Source: Bacillota bacterium | Lineage (GTDB): Bacteria > Bacillota > Clostridia > Peptostreptococcales > Natronincolaceae | Assembly: GCA_023387935.1 (NCBI GenBank) | Contig: JAEWHG010000131.1 | Coordinates: forward strand, 15,278-79,277 | Direction: 5' to 3' | Length of the DNA stretch: 64,000 nucleotides | In this document: in pieces, positions 21,886 through 31,434 of the stretch | Layout: the number at the start of each line of letters is the position of its first letter | Numbering within the stretch: position 1 is the stretch's first letter | The notes under the pieces: generated by a model | Seen by the model: the letters and a program-made list of their open reading frames with translations, nothing else | Database searches by the model: none | Told to the model about the DNA's origin: nothing | Position numbers and translations under genes: made by a program

Positions 21886-22542
21886 ATGATGAAATTAGCC
21901 CCATCCATATTATCAGCAGATTTTTCTAATTTATTGGGAGATATAAAAAAGGTAGAAGAAGCAGGATGTGATTTGCTTCATATTGATGTAATGGACGGAC
22001 ATTTTGTTCCTAATATTACAATTGGTCCTCTAATTATGGAAAGCTTAAAGGGGAAAACAGATCTTCTCTTCGATGTACATTTAATGATAGAAAATCCAGA
22101 TCAATATATTCCACAGTTTGCAAAAGCAGGCGCCCATATCATCTCTGTTCATAGTGAAGCCTGTGCGCACCTACACAGGACTATACAGCTTATTAAGGAT
22201 CAAAATGTAAAGGCTGCTGTAGCGCTTAATCCAGCTACACCTTTAAATGTTTTAGACCATGTATTGGAAGACTTGGATATGGTTCTTATAATGACAGTTA
22301 ATCCTGGGTTTGGAGGACAGAGCTTTATTGAATCAAGCATACCTAAAATAGAATCCTTAAGAAGGATGATAGAAGATAGAGGACTTAATGTGGACATTCA
22401 AGTAGATGGTGGTATTAAGGTAGATAACGTAAAAAGAGTTGTAGATGCGGGAGCTAATATTATTGTTGCAGGATCTGCTATATTTAATAGTGAAAATATT
22501 TTAGAAACAGTAAAGAAATTTAGAGAAAATTCTAAGCTTTAG
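21886..22542 (+). CDS. rpe: Ribulose-phosphate 3-epimerase
   Basis: APSILSADF, HIDVMDGHFVPN, MTVNPGFGGQ, VDGG. Confidence 0.97.
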   Translation: MMKLAPSILSADFSNLLGDIKKVEEAGCDLLHIDVMDGHFVPNITIGPLIMESLKGKTDLLFDVHLMIENPDQYIPQFAKAGAHIISVHSEACAHLHRTIQLIKDQNVKAAVALNPATPLNVLDHVLEDLDMVLIMTVNPGFGGQSFIESSIPKIESLRRMIEDRGLNVDIQVDGGIKVDNVKRVVDAGANIIVAGSAIFNSENILETVKKFRENSKL

Positions 22543-22556
22543 ATATGGAGGCAAAA

Positions 22557-23198
22557 ATGGAAGTAACAGTTGTATCAAATGGCTGTATTGAAAACCTTGA
22601 TTTTTTACAATCAATTATTGAAAATAGTGATTACGTTATTTGTGCAGATGGAGCAGCTCAATACTTAATGGGGCTAAACATGTATCCTAATTTATTAGTA
22701 GGCGATTTGGATTCTATTAGCAATGATTCTTTGGAATGGATAGAAAAGGGGAATGTTAAATTAGAACAATTTCCTGTTAAGAAGGATATGACGGACACGG
22801 AACTGGCTATAGAATTTGCTTTAAAGAAATCACCACATAGAATAACTGTTGTAGGAGCTACAGGCTCCCGTATGGATCATAGTTTAGGTAACATCATGCT
22901 ATTATACAAAATTCATAAAATGGGCATAAAAGCACGGATTATAGATGAATTAAATGATATTACTATAACTGATAGCAAAATTAAAATAGAAGGTAGCATA
23001 GGACAAACTATTTCTATAATACCTATTGGCGGAGATGCAAAGGGTGTTACCTTAAATGGCCTAGAATATCCTTTAGACAACTATAATATTCATATGGGAA
23101 GCTCTATAGGGATTAGTAATAGATTTATACAAGAAGAAGCCATTATTACGGTTGAAGAGGGAACTATTTTGGTTATTAAGACAAGGGAAGAAGAATAG
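22557..23198 (+). CDS. thiN: Thiamine pyrophosphokinase
   Basis: ICADG, GDLDS, KDMTDTELA, GATGSRMDH, GLEYPL, GISN; start after GGAGG. Confidence 0.93.
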   Translation: MEVTVVSNGCIENLDFLQSIIENSDYVICADGAAQYLMGLNMYPNLLVGDLDSISNDSLEWIEKGNVKLEQFPVKKDMTDTELAIEFALKKSPHRITVVGATGSRMDHSLGNIMLLYKIHKMGIKARIIDELNDITITDSKIKIEGSIGQTISIIPIGGDAKGVTLNGLEYPLDNYNIHMGSSIGISNRFIQEEAIITVEEGTILVIKTREEE

Positions 23199-23274
23199 AG
23201 AAAATCCTTTGATGCTATCATATCAACTTATGGTGTGCTCAGTTTTTAATATTTATTCAAAATTTCAAGGGTTT

Positions 23275-23315
23275 AAAATGTTACGGGAGTTTTATAACTT
23301 TTGTAACATTTTTTA
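23275..23315 (+). terminator. Long hairpin, probable terminator of the priA-thiN transcript
   Basis: AAAATGTTACGGGAGT/ACTTTTGTAACATTTT 16-bp stem (three G-U pairs) with T tail. Confidence 0.55.
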
Positions 23316-23368
23316 TATTTATGAATAATATATAATATACTATTTTATTATTTAAGGTTGGTGGTGAT

Positions 23369-23533
23369 ATGTTTAAAAGAAGAAGAAGACATTCTTCGTT
23401 TAAAGTTATTGGATTAATACTTGCAATCGTAGGCATATTAATGTTCCTGTACATTATCCCACTACAAATATGGTACCTTATTATTGCAGGAATATTTGTT
23501 GTAATAGGACTACTAATATTTAAAATATTTTAA
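23369..23533 (+). CDS. Small (54 aa) two-TM membrane protein, not in ORF track
   Basis: GGTGGTGA RBS-like sequence, then MFKRRRRHSSFKVIGLILAIVGILMFLYIIPLQIWYLIIAGIFVVIGLLIFKIF*; terminator follows. Confidence 0.75.
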   Translation: MFKRRRRHSSFKVIGLILAIVGILMFLYIIPLQIWYLIIAGIFVVIGLLIFKIF

Positions 23534-23545
23534 AAAGTTAAATAT

Positions 23546-23576
23546 AAAAAGCCACCATTTAAATGGAGGCTTTTTT
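23546..23576. terminator. Bidirectional terminator between the small ORF and rpmB
   Basis: AAAAAGCCACCATT/AATGGAGGCTTTTTT hairpin with A run on one side and T run on the other. Confidence 0.7.
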
Positions 23577-23583
23577 ATATAAA

Positions 23584-23775
23584 TTATAAAGCTCTTTCAA
23601 CTTTACCAGAACGTAGGCATCTTGTACAAACATTAATTCTTGTTGCTGTACCTTTTACTATTGCTCTAACTCTTCTTAAGTTAGGTTCCCAAGTTCTTCT
23701 GTTATGACGATTTGAGTGACTTACCACATTACCTGAAACCTTACCTTTAGCACAAACCTCGCATACTCTTGCCAC
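23584..23775 (-). CDS. rpmB: 50S ribosomal protein L28
   Basis: ARVCEVCAKG...VSHSN...RTWEPNL...VCTRCLRSGKV; GTG start after AAGGAGG. Confidence 0.96.
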   Translation of the reverse strand: MARVCEVCAKGKVSGNVVSHSNRHNRRTWEPNLRRVRAIVKGTATRINVCTRCLRSGKVERAL

Positions 23776-23939
23776 TACGAACACCTCCTTTGAGCTTCGC
23801 TCATCCTCTAAAACATAATAATATTATCATACATAACATAAATTTGCAATAATAATATTTAAATATAGGTAAAATACGGGGCTTTAAAGAAAATTATCCA
23901 CAGATTTCATTATAAATTTCAGTATGAATATGGTTATTG

Positions 23940-23968
23940 TTGAACTATTTTTGTTAATCATATACAAT
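23940..23968 (+). promoter_or_regulatory. Candidate sigmaA promoter for asp23-fakA
   Basis: TTGAAC-17 bp-TACAAT. Confidence 0.45.
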
Positions 23969-24132
23969 ATAGTATTATAATATGTTATTCTAGCTACCAA
24001 GATTTTTAAACTTAATATATAATATAGTATGTGACTTCTTTATATTTATGATGCTGATAAGATTTCATATACAATATTGCAGGTAAATTGGGGAATAAAT
24101 ATAAGATAGAATAAAATGAAGGAGGTTTTTTA

Positions 24133-24489
24133 ATGCCAGGAAAATTAATTACTCAGTTAGGTACAATTGTAATCGATGATCATGTTTTAACATCTATAGC
24201 CGGTGTTTCTGCCATGGAATGTTATGGAGTAGTAGGTATGGCTGCTAAATCTGCTGCTGGAGGCCTTGTAGAGCTATTAAAACGAGAGCAATCTGGAAAA
24301 GGAGTAAAAGTGCACACCGAAGAAGATGAAATAACGATTGATATTTTCGTAATTGTAGAATTTGGTACCCGTATATCTGTAGTTGCAAATAATATCATAG
24401 AAAAAGTAAAATACAATATTGAACACTTGACAGGAATGAACGTTAAAAAAGTAAATATTAATGTTCAAGGTGTCAGAGTTCAAAAGTAA
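24133..24489 (+). CDS. yloU: Asp23/Gls24 family protein (YloU)
   Basis: AGVSAMECYGVVGMA, VEFGTRI, VNINVQGVRV; upstream of DAK2 gene. Confidence 0.9.
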   Translation: MPGKLITQLGTIVIDDHVLTSIAGVSAMECYGVVGMAAKSAAGGLVELLKREQSGKGVKVHTEEDEITIDIFVIVEFGTRISVVANNIIEKVKYNIEHLTGMNVKKVNINVQGVRVQK

Positions 24490-24506
24490 CTTAAGGAGGA
24501 CTAGTT

Positions 24507-26150
24507 GTGAAAATCGAATATATTGATGGACAGCTTTTAAAGAAAATGATATTTTCTGGGGCCCAGTCTTTAGAAGTTAATAAAGAAATAGTTAATGCGC
24601 TTAACGTATTTCCTGTTCCAGATGGTGACACGGGTACGAATATGTCTTTAACCATGCAATCAGCGGCTAAAGAAGTAAAGGGATTAAAATCTGATCTTTT
24701 AGAAGATGTAGCAAATGCTGCTGCAAATGGATCCTTAATGGGGGCTAGAGGTAATTCGGGTGTAATCTTATCCCAGCTTTTTAGAGGCTTTGCAAAGGGT
24801 GTGAAAGGCAAAACTCAAATTAATACAAAGGATCTAGCAGAGGCACTTAAATCAGGGGCAGATACTGCGTATAAGGCCGTAATGAAACCAATAGAAGGTA
24901 CTATTCTAACGGTTGCTAGAGAAAGTGCAGATGCAGCCTTACTACTTGCTAATAAAGAAAAAGATATTGTTACATTTATAGAGAAAGTCATTAAATATGC
25001 AGAAAAATCATTAAATAAAACGCCAGAATTACTTAAAGTTTTAAAGGATGCGGGTGTTGTTGATTCAGGTGGTAAAGGTTTAGTATATATATACTTAGGT
25101 GCATTAGGTGCAATAACTGGGAATATGCCTTTGATAGAAACTGAAGAAGTAGTAAACAATAACCATGTTCACAATATGGAAGAAGTTAATGGAGAAATTG
25201 AATTTGGATATTGTACGGAGTTTATTATTCGCTCTAATAATGCGGATACTAGTAAATTCAAGAAGACTATAGAAGGATACGGAGACTCAATGTTAGTAGT
25301 AGGCAATGATAGTGTTGTAAAGGTGCATATACATACGAATAATCCAGGTAAAGTATTAGAGCATGCTTTAGAGCTTGGACAATTAAGTGATATTAAAATA
25401 GATAATATGAGACTACAGCATAGACATGAGGTTTTCAACCAAAGTGAAAACAAAAGTGATTTAAATACTGAAAACTCACCTGAAAAAGAAATTAAAAAAT
25501 ATGGTTTTATTACGGTGACAATGGGTGAGGGATTAACTAAAATATTTAAGGATTTTAATGTTGATCATGTTATTGAAGGCGGGCAAACTATGAATCCTAG
25601 TACAGAGGATTTTGTTAAGGCAATTGATCATATTCATGCTGAAACAATATTTATTTTGCCTAACAATAGCAATATTTTTATGGCAGCAAATCAAGCTAAA
25701 TCTATTTCAAGTAAAAATATTATTGTTATCCCCTCTAAGTCTGTGCCACAAGGGCTCGCAGCACTACTAGGATTTAACTTTGAAGCTACTCCTGAAGAAA
25801 ATGAAGATACAATGACGGAAGCTATAAAAGAAGTTAAAACAGGCCAAGTTACTTATGCTGTTAGAGATACTAGCTTTAATGATATAGAAATACAAGAAGG
25901 TGATATATTAGGAATCGCGGATAGTGAAATAAAATCTTCAGGAAAAAATATTAAAGAAGTATCTTTAGAGCTCATTAATGAGATGATTACAGACGAAAGT
26001 GAAATAGTAACTATATTTTATGGATCTGATATAGAGGAACAAGAAGCTGAAAATTTACTTGAAGAACTAACTAATAAATATGAAAATATAGATATTGAAC
26101 TGTATTATGGCGGACAGCCGTTATATTATTATATTTTTTCTGTTGAATAG
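24507..26150 (+). CDS. fakA: Fatty acid kinase catalytic subunit (DAK2 domain, YloV)
   Basis: LNVFPVPDGDTGTNM, GARGNSGVILSQ, GYCTEF, VKVHIHT, GGQTMNPST. Confidence 0.93.
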   Translation: MKIEYIDGQLLKKMIFSGAQSLEVNKEIVNALNVFPVPDGDTGTNMSLTMQSAAKEVKGLKSDLLEDVANAAANGSLMGARGNSGVILSQLFRGFAKGVKGKTQINTKDLAEALKSGADTAYKAVMKPIEGTILTVARESADAALLLANKEKDIVTFIEKVIKYAEKSLNKTPELLKVLKDAGVVDSGGKGLVYIYLGALGAITGNMPLIETEEVVNNNHVHNMEEVNGEIEFGYCTEFIIRSNNADTSKFKKTIEGYGDSMLVVGNDSVVKVHIHTNNPGKVLEHALELGQLSDIKIDNMRLQHRHEVFNQSENKSDLNTENSPEKEIKKYGFITVTMGEGLTKIFKDFNVDHVIEGGQTMNPSTEDFVKAIDHIHAETIFILPNNSNIFMAANQAKSISSKNIIVIPSKSVPQGLAALLGFNFEATPEENEDTMTEAIKEVKTGQVTYAVRDTSFNDIEIQEGDILGIADSEIKSSGKNIKEVSLELINEMITDESEIVTIFYGSDIEEQEAENLLEELTNKYENIDIELYYGGQPLYYYIFSVE

Positions 26151-26176
26151 GGAGGCAGCCTTGGCTGCCTCCCTTT
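26149..26176 (+). terminator. Intrinsic terminator after fakA
   Basis: AGGGAGGCAGCC-TT-GGCTGCCTCCCT, GC-rich stem with short T tail. Confidence 0.75.
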
Positions 26177-26233
26177 AACAATGATTATAACATTATGCTA
26201 TAATAAAATAAAAAGATATTTGGAGTGTGTATT

Positions 26234-28300
26234 ATGGATATTTTAAATCAAGATATTCAGTATCTGAAGGGTGTTGGACCTAAAAAAGCATATTTATTAA
26301 AACGACTAAATATCAATACGATTAATGACATCATATGGCATGTTCCTAGGGATTACGAAGATAGAGGCAATATAAAGAAAATTAGTAATTTAAAAAACGG
26401 AGAAAAGGCCACTTTCTACGGTTTTATATGTGGAGAGGGTGATATATCGAAGCCCAAAAAAAATTTATCCTTAATAAAATTTAAAGTTAAAGATGAAACT
26501 GGATGGATTGAAGTAGTGTTTTTCAATAAAGTATATTTAAAAAAGGTCATAGTCTCTGGTCAAAGAGTCATGATTAATGGAGAAATCAAAAAAACTTATA
26601 AGGGACTTCAAGTAGTGAATCCAATATTGGAAAAGGTTGATTCAGATGAAGAAGATAGCAGACGGGGTATCGTTCCAATATATCCATCCACTGAGGGATT
26701 AAGCCAAAATGAAATTATTAAAATACAAAAGAATGTTGTTGAATTAGTTAAAGATTCTATTGAAGAATACTTGCCAAATGAAATTATTAAAAAATATAGA
26801 CTGTGTGATATCAAATTTGCCATTGAAAATATTCATTTCCCTAGATCGGTACAATCATTGAAAATAGCTAAATATAGATTGGTATTTGAAGAGTTCTTCT
26901 TTTTGCAGCTTGGGCTTTTGAAAATAAAGAAATCTAATTTCAACGAGAAAAAGAGTGTTGCTCTTATTAACAGTAGTGGAATAAAGGAATTTATTCAAAA
27001 ACTCCCATTTACACTAACGCCAGCCCAAGAGGATGTTTTAAAAGAAATATGTGAAGATTTAGAAAAAGATATACCTATGAATCGGCTTGTTCAAGGCGAT
27101 GTTGGCTCTGGTAAAACTATTGTAGCAATAATATCACTATTAAAAGCTGTAATAAATGGATATCAAGGCGCCTTTATGGCTCCTACTGAAATATTGGCAG
27201 AACAGCATTATATGTCTTTAACAGAGTTATTAGAGCCTCTTGGCATAAAAATAGGACTTTTAGTAGGAAGTTTATCTAAAGGTGAGAAAAATAAAGTATT
27301 AAAAGAAGTTGAATCTGGAGAAATTAATATAGTAGTTGGAACTCATGCATTGATTCAAGAGGGGGTTAATTTCTGTAATTTATCATTAGTAATTACAGAT
27401 GAACAACATAGGTTTGGCGTAAGGCAGAGAGCAATACTTGCTAGCAAGGGACAGAATCCTCATATTTTAGTTATGACAGCTACCCCAATCCCCAGAACAT
27501 TAGCATTAATACTATATGGAGATTTAGATATCTCAATTATTGATCATTTACCACCAGGTAGAAAAAGTATAAAAACTTATAGTCGCACCTCTAATAAAAG
27601 AAATCAAATTTACAATTTTGTAAAGGGTCAGTTAGATCAAGGTAGACAAGCCTATGTAGTTTGCCCTCTAGTAGATGAATCTGAGACTATAGACGCCCAA
27701 TCAGCCACAGAAATAGCTCGAGAATTATCATATAACTTGTTAAATGGTTATAAAGTAGAACTTCTCCATGGAAAAATGTTACCAAGAGAGAAGGAGGAAA
27801 TAATGGGGAATTTTAAAAAAGGGTTAATAGATACTTTAGTTTCTACTACTGTTATTGAAGTTGGAGTAAATGTTCCTAATGCAACAATTATGGTAGTAGA
27901 AAATGCGGAGAGATTCGGGCTAGCTCAACTACATCAGCTAAGAGGTAGAGTAGGAAGAGGAAACCATCAATCATACTGTATTTTGATAAATAACAGTAGA
28001 ACTGAAATTTCTAAAGAACGTATGGATATAATGGAGAAAACTACGGATGGTTTTATTATATCGGAAAAGGATTTAAAGCTTAGAGGACCGGGGGAGTTTT
28101 TTGGCACAAGACAACATGGATTACCAGAGCTTAAGGTTGCCAATTTGTTTAAGCATATATCTATTTTAAAAGTAGTACAAAAGGAAATAGAGCGTATTGG
28201 GCAAATAGATTCAGAGCTAAAGTTAAGTGAGTATCCATTATTAAAAAGAAAGTTAGAAAAACAGCTTTTATTTTTAGAACAAGATTTACCCTTTAGTTAG
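26234..28300 (+). CDS. recG: ATP-dependent DNA helicase RecG
   Basis: LKGVGPK, QGDVGSGKT, DEQHRFGV, MTATPIPRTL, QLHQLRGRVGRG. Confidence 0.97.
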   Translation: MDILNQDIQYLKGVGPKKAYLLKRLNINTINDIIWHVPRDYEDRGNIKKISNLKNGEKATFYGFICGEGDISKPKKNLSLIKFKVKDETGWIEVVFFNKVYLKKVIVSGQRVMINGEIKKTYKGLQVVNPILEKVDSDEEDSRRGIVPIYPSTEGLSQNEIIKIQKNVVELVKDSIEEYLPNEIIKKYRLCDIKFAIENIHFPRSVQSLKIAKYRLVFEEFFFLQLGLLKIKKSNFNEKKSVALINSSGIKEFIQKLPFTLTPAQEDVLKEICEDLEKDIPMNRLVQGDVGSGKTIVAIISLLKAVINGYQGAFMAPTEILAEQHYMSLTELLEPLGIKIGLLVGSLSKGEKNKVLKEVESGEINIVVGTHALIQEGVNFCNLSLVITDEQHRFGVRQRAILASKGQNPHILVMTATPIPRTLALILYGDLDISIIDHLPPGRKSIKTYSRTSNKRNQIYNFVKGQLDQGRQAYVVCPLVDESETIDAQSATEIARELSYNLLNGYKVELLHGKMLPREKEEIMGNFKKGLIDTLVSTTVIEVGVNVPNATIMVVENAERFGLAQLHQLRGRVGRGNHQSYCILINNSRTEISKERMDIMEKTTDGFIISEKDLKLRGPGEFFGTRQHGLPELKVANLFKHISILKVVQKEIERIGQIDSELKLSEYPLLKRKLEKQLLFLEQDLPFS

Positions 28301-28374
28301 AAAAATAATAAAACTAATAATTCTTAGGAAACTATTATGTGTAGTATAAAAGCTTTAATAAATATAAAAACATT

Positions 28375-28403
28375 TTGTTTACTAATAGGTAGTGTGCTAA
28401 AAT
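28375..28403 (+). promoter_or_regulatory. sigmaA promoter for rsmD-coaD
   Basis: TTGTTT-17 bp-TAAAAT with extended TG. Confidence 0.5.
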
Positions 28404-28431
28404 AAGTGTATAGTTAAGCTAGGAGGTATGT

Positions 28432-28992
28432 ATGAGAGTTATTTCAGGAAAAGCACGAGGACAAGCTTTAAGAGCACCTGAGGGTTTAAATACTAGACCA
28501 ACCACTGACCGTGTAAAGGAGTCCATATTTAATATTATTCAGACAAGATTATATGATAGTATTATAATTGATTTATTTGCAGGAAGTGGGAATTTGGGTA
28601 TTGAATCCTTGTCGAGAAATGCTAGTAAAGCATATTTTATAGATAATAATAAGAATAGTATTGAATCAATAAAAGAAAATCTTAAAAAGACTAAGTTAGA
28701 GAATGACTCCATAGTAATTCAGATGGATGTAGTATCTGCTATGAAAAAGCTAAGCTTAGAAAATGTGAAGGCAAATATTATTTTTCTAGATCCGCCTTAT
28801 TCTAAAGGGTTTGTAGCACCTATTTTAAATGAAATCGTTTCATTGCAACTATTGGATAACGATGGAATCGTTATTGTTGAGCATAAGAAAACTGATGAAA
28901 TTCCAGAAAGTATACATAACTTACAAAAATATAGAACAAATCATTACGGAGATATAGCAGTTTCTTTTTATGAACTGAGAGAGGAGATATAA
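28432..28992 (+). CDS. rsmD: 16S rRNA m2G966 methyltransferase
   Basis: MRVISG, RPTTDRVKE, DLFAGSG, DPPY. Confidence 0.95.
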   Translation: MRVISGKARGQALRAPEGLNTRPTTDRVKESIFNIIQTRLYDSIIIDLFAGSGNLGIESLSRNASKAYFIDNNKNSIESIKENLKKTKLENDSIVIQMDVVSAMKKLSLENVKANIIFLDPPYSKGFVAPILNEIVSLQLLDNDGIVIVEHKKTDEIPESIHNLQKYRTNHYGDIAVSFYELREEI

Positions 28993-29466
28993 ATGAAAAT
29001 AGCAATTTATCCTGGCAGCTTTGATCCAATTACTAATGGACACCTAGATATAGTTGAAAGAGCTTCTAAAATGTGTGATAAACTAATTGTATCTGTAATA
29101 CATAATCCTAACAAGAATCCTTTATTTACATTAGATGAAAGAAAGAAGTTAATCGAGGATGCTATAAAAGATTATCCAAATGTTTCAGTAGACTTTTTTT
29201 CAGGATTACTTATTGATTATGCAAAAAAAAGTAATGCTACAGCAATAATTAAAGGGTTAAGGGCCGTATCAGATTTTGAGTATGAGCTACAAATGGCGTT
29301 AATGAATCAAAGACTATGTCCAAGCATAGAAACTGTATTTTTGATGACGAATAAAGAATACTCTTTCTTGAGTTCTAGCTTAATTAAAGAAGTTGCTAAA
29401 TTTGGTGGATGCATTAATGGTTTGGTTCCTGAAAATGTTCAAAAGGCAGTAATGAATAAGTTTTAA
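28993..29466 (+). CDS. coaD: Phosphopantetheine adenylyltransferase
   Basis: [30 protein letters not shown]. Confidence 0.97.
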   Translation: MKIAIYPGSFDPITNGHLDIVERASKMCDKLIVSVIHNPNKNPLFTLDERKKLIEDAIKDYPNVSVDFFSGLLIDYAKKSNATAIIKGLRAVSDFEYELQMALMNQRLCPSIETVFLMTNKEYSFLSSSLIKEVAKFGGCINGLVPENVQKAVMNKF

Positions 29467-29500
29467 AACTAATTTTATTATATGTAAGGGGGATTATTTC

Positions 29501-29947
29501 GTGAGTGTACTAAGTTTTTTAGAAGAGTTAGAAGATATTATTGAAAGTGGTTCATCAATACCTTTTGCACAAAAAGTATTAGTGGATAAAAAAGAAATGC
29601 TAGAAATCATTAAAGAAATAAGAATTAAGTTGCCAGATGAGGTTAAACAAGCTCAATGGATAAAAGAAGAAAGACAGCGTATTCTAGCAGAAGCACAGCA
29701 AGAAGCAGATACAATTTTAGAAGAGGCAAATAATCATATTCTATCAATGATTGATCAAAGTGAAATAACAAAGCAAGCTAATAATAGAGCTGAAGAAATA
29801 ATTGCCCATGCACAAAGTAATGCTAAAGAAATGCGGTTAGGAGCAAAGGATTATGTTGATACTTTATTAGAATCGCTACAAGAAAATTTAGTAGAGTTAG
29901 TTACTACTGTAAAAGAAAATAGAGATGAAATAAGAGGGATGAAGTAG
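29501..29947 (+). CDS. Conserved coiled-coil protein (SepIVA/DivIVA-like)
   Basis: LEELEDIIE...P...KVLVD...LP.E...A.WI..ER pattern with A/E-rich heptads; located after coaD. Confidence 0.7.
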   Translation: MSVLSFLEELEDIIESGSSIPFAQKVLVDKKEMLEIIKEIRIKLPDEVKQAQWIKEERQRILAEAQQEADTILEEANNHILSMIDQSEITKQANNRAEEIIAHAQSNAKEMRLGAKDYVDTLLESLQENLVELVTTVKENRDEIRGMK

Positions 29948-29969
29948 GTATTTCTTCATCCCTTTTTTT
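29935..29969. terminator. Terminator formed by the ends of two convergent CDSs
   Basis: AGGGATGAAG (29935-29944) / CTTCATCCCT (29954-29963) followed by a T run. Confidence 0.65.
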
Positions 29970-31263
29970 GAAAATAATTATGTAACTTTAATGTAGCAGA
30001 AGTTAATAAAGAAACAATTAGTAGACTGATTAAAACAGAAAGAAATAATTCAATAGATAGTTTGCAATTAAATAAAAATCTTTTATGAATACTGATCTCT
30101 TGATAAGTATTATATACAGGAATTATTAAAACTAAAAACCTACTGAAAATTGGGTAAATAATGTAAGCTATTATTGATGAAAAAGTTGCATGTAGGACTT
30201 TAGAAAAAATATATAAAGAGGAGTCTATGTCAGTTTCCCCAATAATACTTGAAACTTGTGCATGTATAGAAAATCCACTCCACCCTATTATAAAGCTTGC
30301 TATTGCAATTTTAGTACGTAGGTCTATGCCGATACTATCAGCTGCCATTTTAGTTCCAATTGTTACTTCGAAGAGTCCTATAATAAAGGAACGAATAATA
30401 GATGGTGATATTTTAAAAGGCATCAATAATGTAGATATGGCCGATGCAATAACATCTATTATACTTAGAATCTCTAGCATCCGAATAACAACAGCGAATA
30501 ACACAATAAATCCTCCAACCATGAAAATTGTATTGAATGAGTTTCTTACAGCATCGCCAAGAATTATTCCTATAGATACATTATTACCTTCACTTTTGGA
30601 TAGATGGATGAAAGCTCTTTTAAACAAAAAAGTTCTTTCTTTACCACATTTGTAATTATCATAAGATCTTTTATAAAAGCTGAAAATTATGCCTACTAGA
30701 ATAGCTCCAATATAGTGAGCGGTTACAATGAGCATGCCTATCTTTGAAGATCGAAACATTCCTACGGATACAGATCCTATCATAAATAAAGGGCCAGAAG
30801 TGCTACAAAATGATAGTAGTCTTTGCGCTTCTATTTTGCTTAATATATTATCTGAACGGAGCTTGGAAACGATTTTAGCTCCCACAGGATAGCCTGACGT
30901 AATGCTCATTGCAAAAGCAAAGGATCCTTCGCCAGGAACATTAAATAGTGGTCTCATTATTGGCTCTAATAGCACACCTAAAAATTTAACTACCCCTAGA
31001 TTAATTAAAATTTCTGACCCTATAAAGAAGGGAAGAAGGGCAGGTACAACTAATGTAGACCATACTATTAGTCCATTATAAGCGGCATCAACAGCTTCGC
31101 CAGGATATATGATAATAGTGATTACAAGGAATATTACAATGAATACTATAAAATAGTAAGATAGGTTTCCATATGAATTACTACGATAAAATTTTCTATA
31201 TAATATTAGAATAAAAAAAAATACGATTAAAAGGCTCAATATTATTAAAAAATCTGAAAGCAT
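29956..31263 (-). CDS. ylbJ: Sporulation integral membrane protein YlbJ
   Basis: VPALLPFF, LEPIMRPLFNVPG.G, SGYPVGAK, GPLFMIG, GWSGFSIHAQ; multiple TM helices. Confidence 0.9.
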   Translation of the reverse strand: MLSDFLIILSLLIVFFFILILYRKFYRSNSYGNLSYYFIVFIVIFLVITIIIYPGEAVDAAYNGLIVWSTLVVPALLPFFIGSEILINLGVVKFLGVLLEPIMRPLFNVPGEGSFAFAMSITSGYPVGAKIVSKLRSDNILSKIEAQRLLSFCSTSGPLFMIGSVSVGMFRSSKIGMLIVTAHYIGAILVGIIFSFYKRSYDNYKCGKERTFLFKRAFIHLSKSEGNNVSIGIILGDAVRNSFNTIFMVGGFIVLFAVVIRMLEILSIIDVIASAISTLLMPFKISPSIIRSFIIGLFEVTIGTKMAADSIGIDLRTKIAIASFIIGWSGFSIHAQVSSIIGETDIDSSLYIFSKVLHATFSSIIAYIIYPIFSRFLVLIIPVYNTYQEISIHKRFLFNCKLSIELFLSVLISLLIVSLLTSATLKLHNYFQKKG

Positions 31264-31434
31264 AGTTTTCCTCCTAGATGAAAAATATTATATTTTATAA
31301 ATTAAGTAATTGTGTAGTAGATGAACAGTTTATTAAAATAAGCTGCACAATTTACATAAGTCTATATTAATATATATTTTACAAGTAAGAGGGTTATTCA
31401 TTGTTGGTTGCATACGATCTAATTATTTAATTAC

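Noticed and set aside
23199..23275. TPP riboswitch or spoVM remnant downstream of thiN
   Set aside because: No TPP core (CUGAGA...CUGAU...AGCG.AGG) on either strand and no SpoVM-like reading frame.
12963..23902. Two perfect DnaA boxes (TGTGGATAA at 12963 inside def; TTATCCACA at 23894) as an origin signal
   Set aside because: They are isolated, roughly one is expected by chance in 64 kb of this composition, and there is no dnaA locus here.
28301..28431. Small genes often found at these loci in other clostridia (SASP after recG, spoVS before smc, signal peptidase after rplS)
   Set aside because: The spacers are too short and contain no such ORFs; simple absence is ordinary lineage variation.
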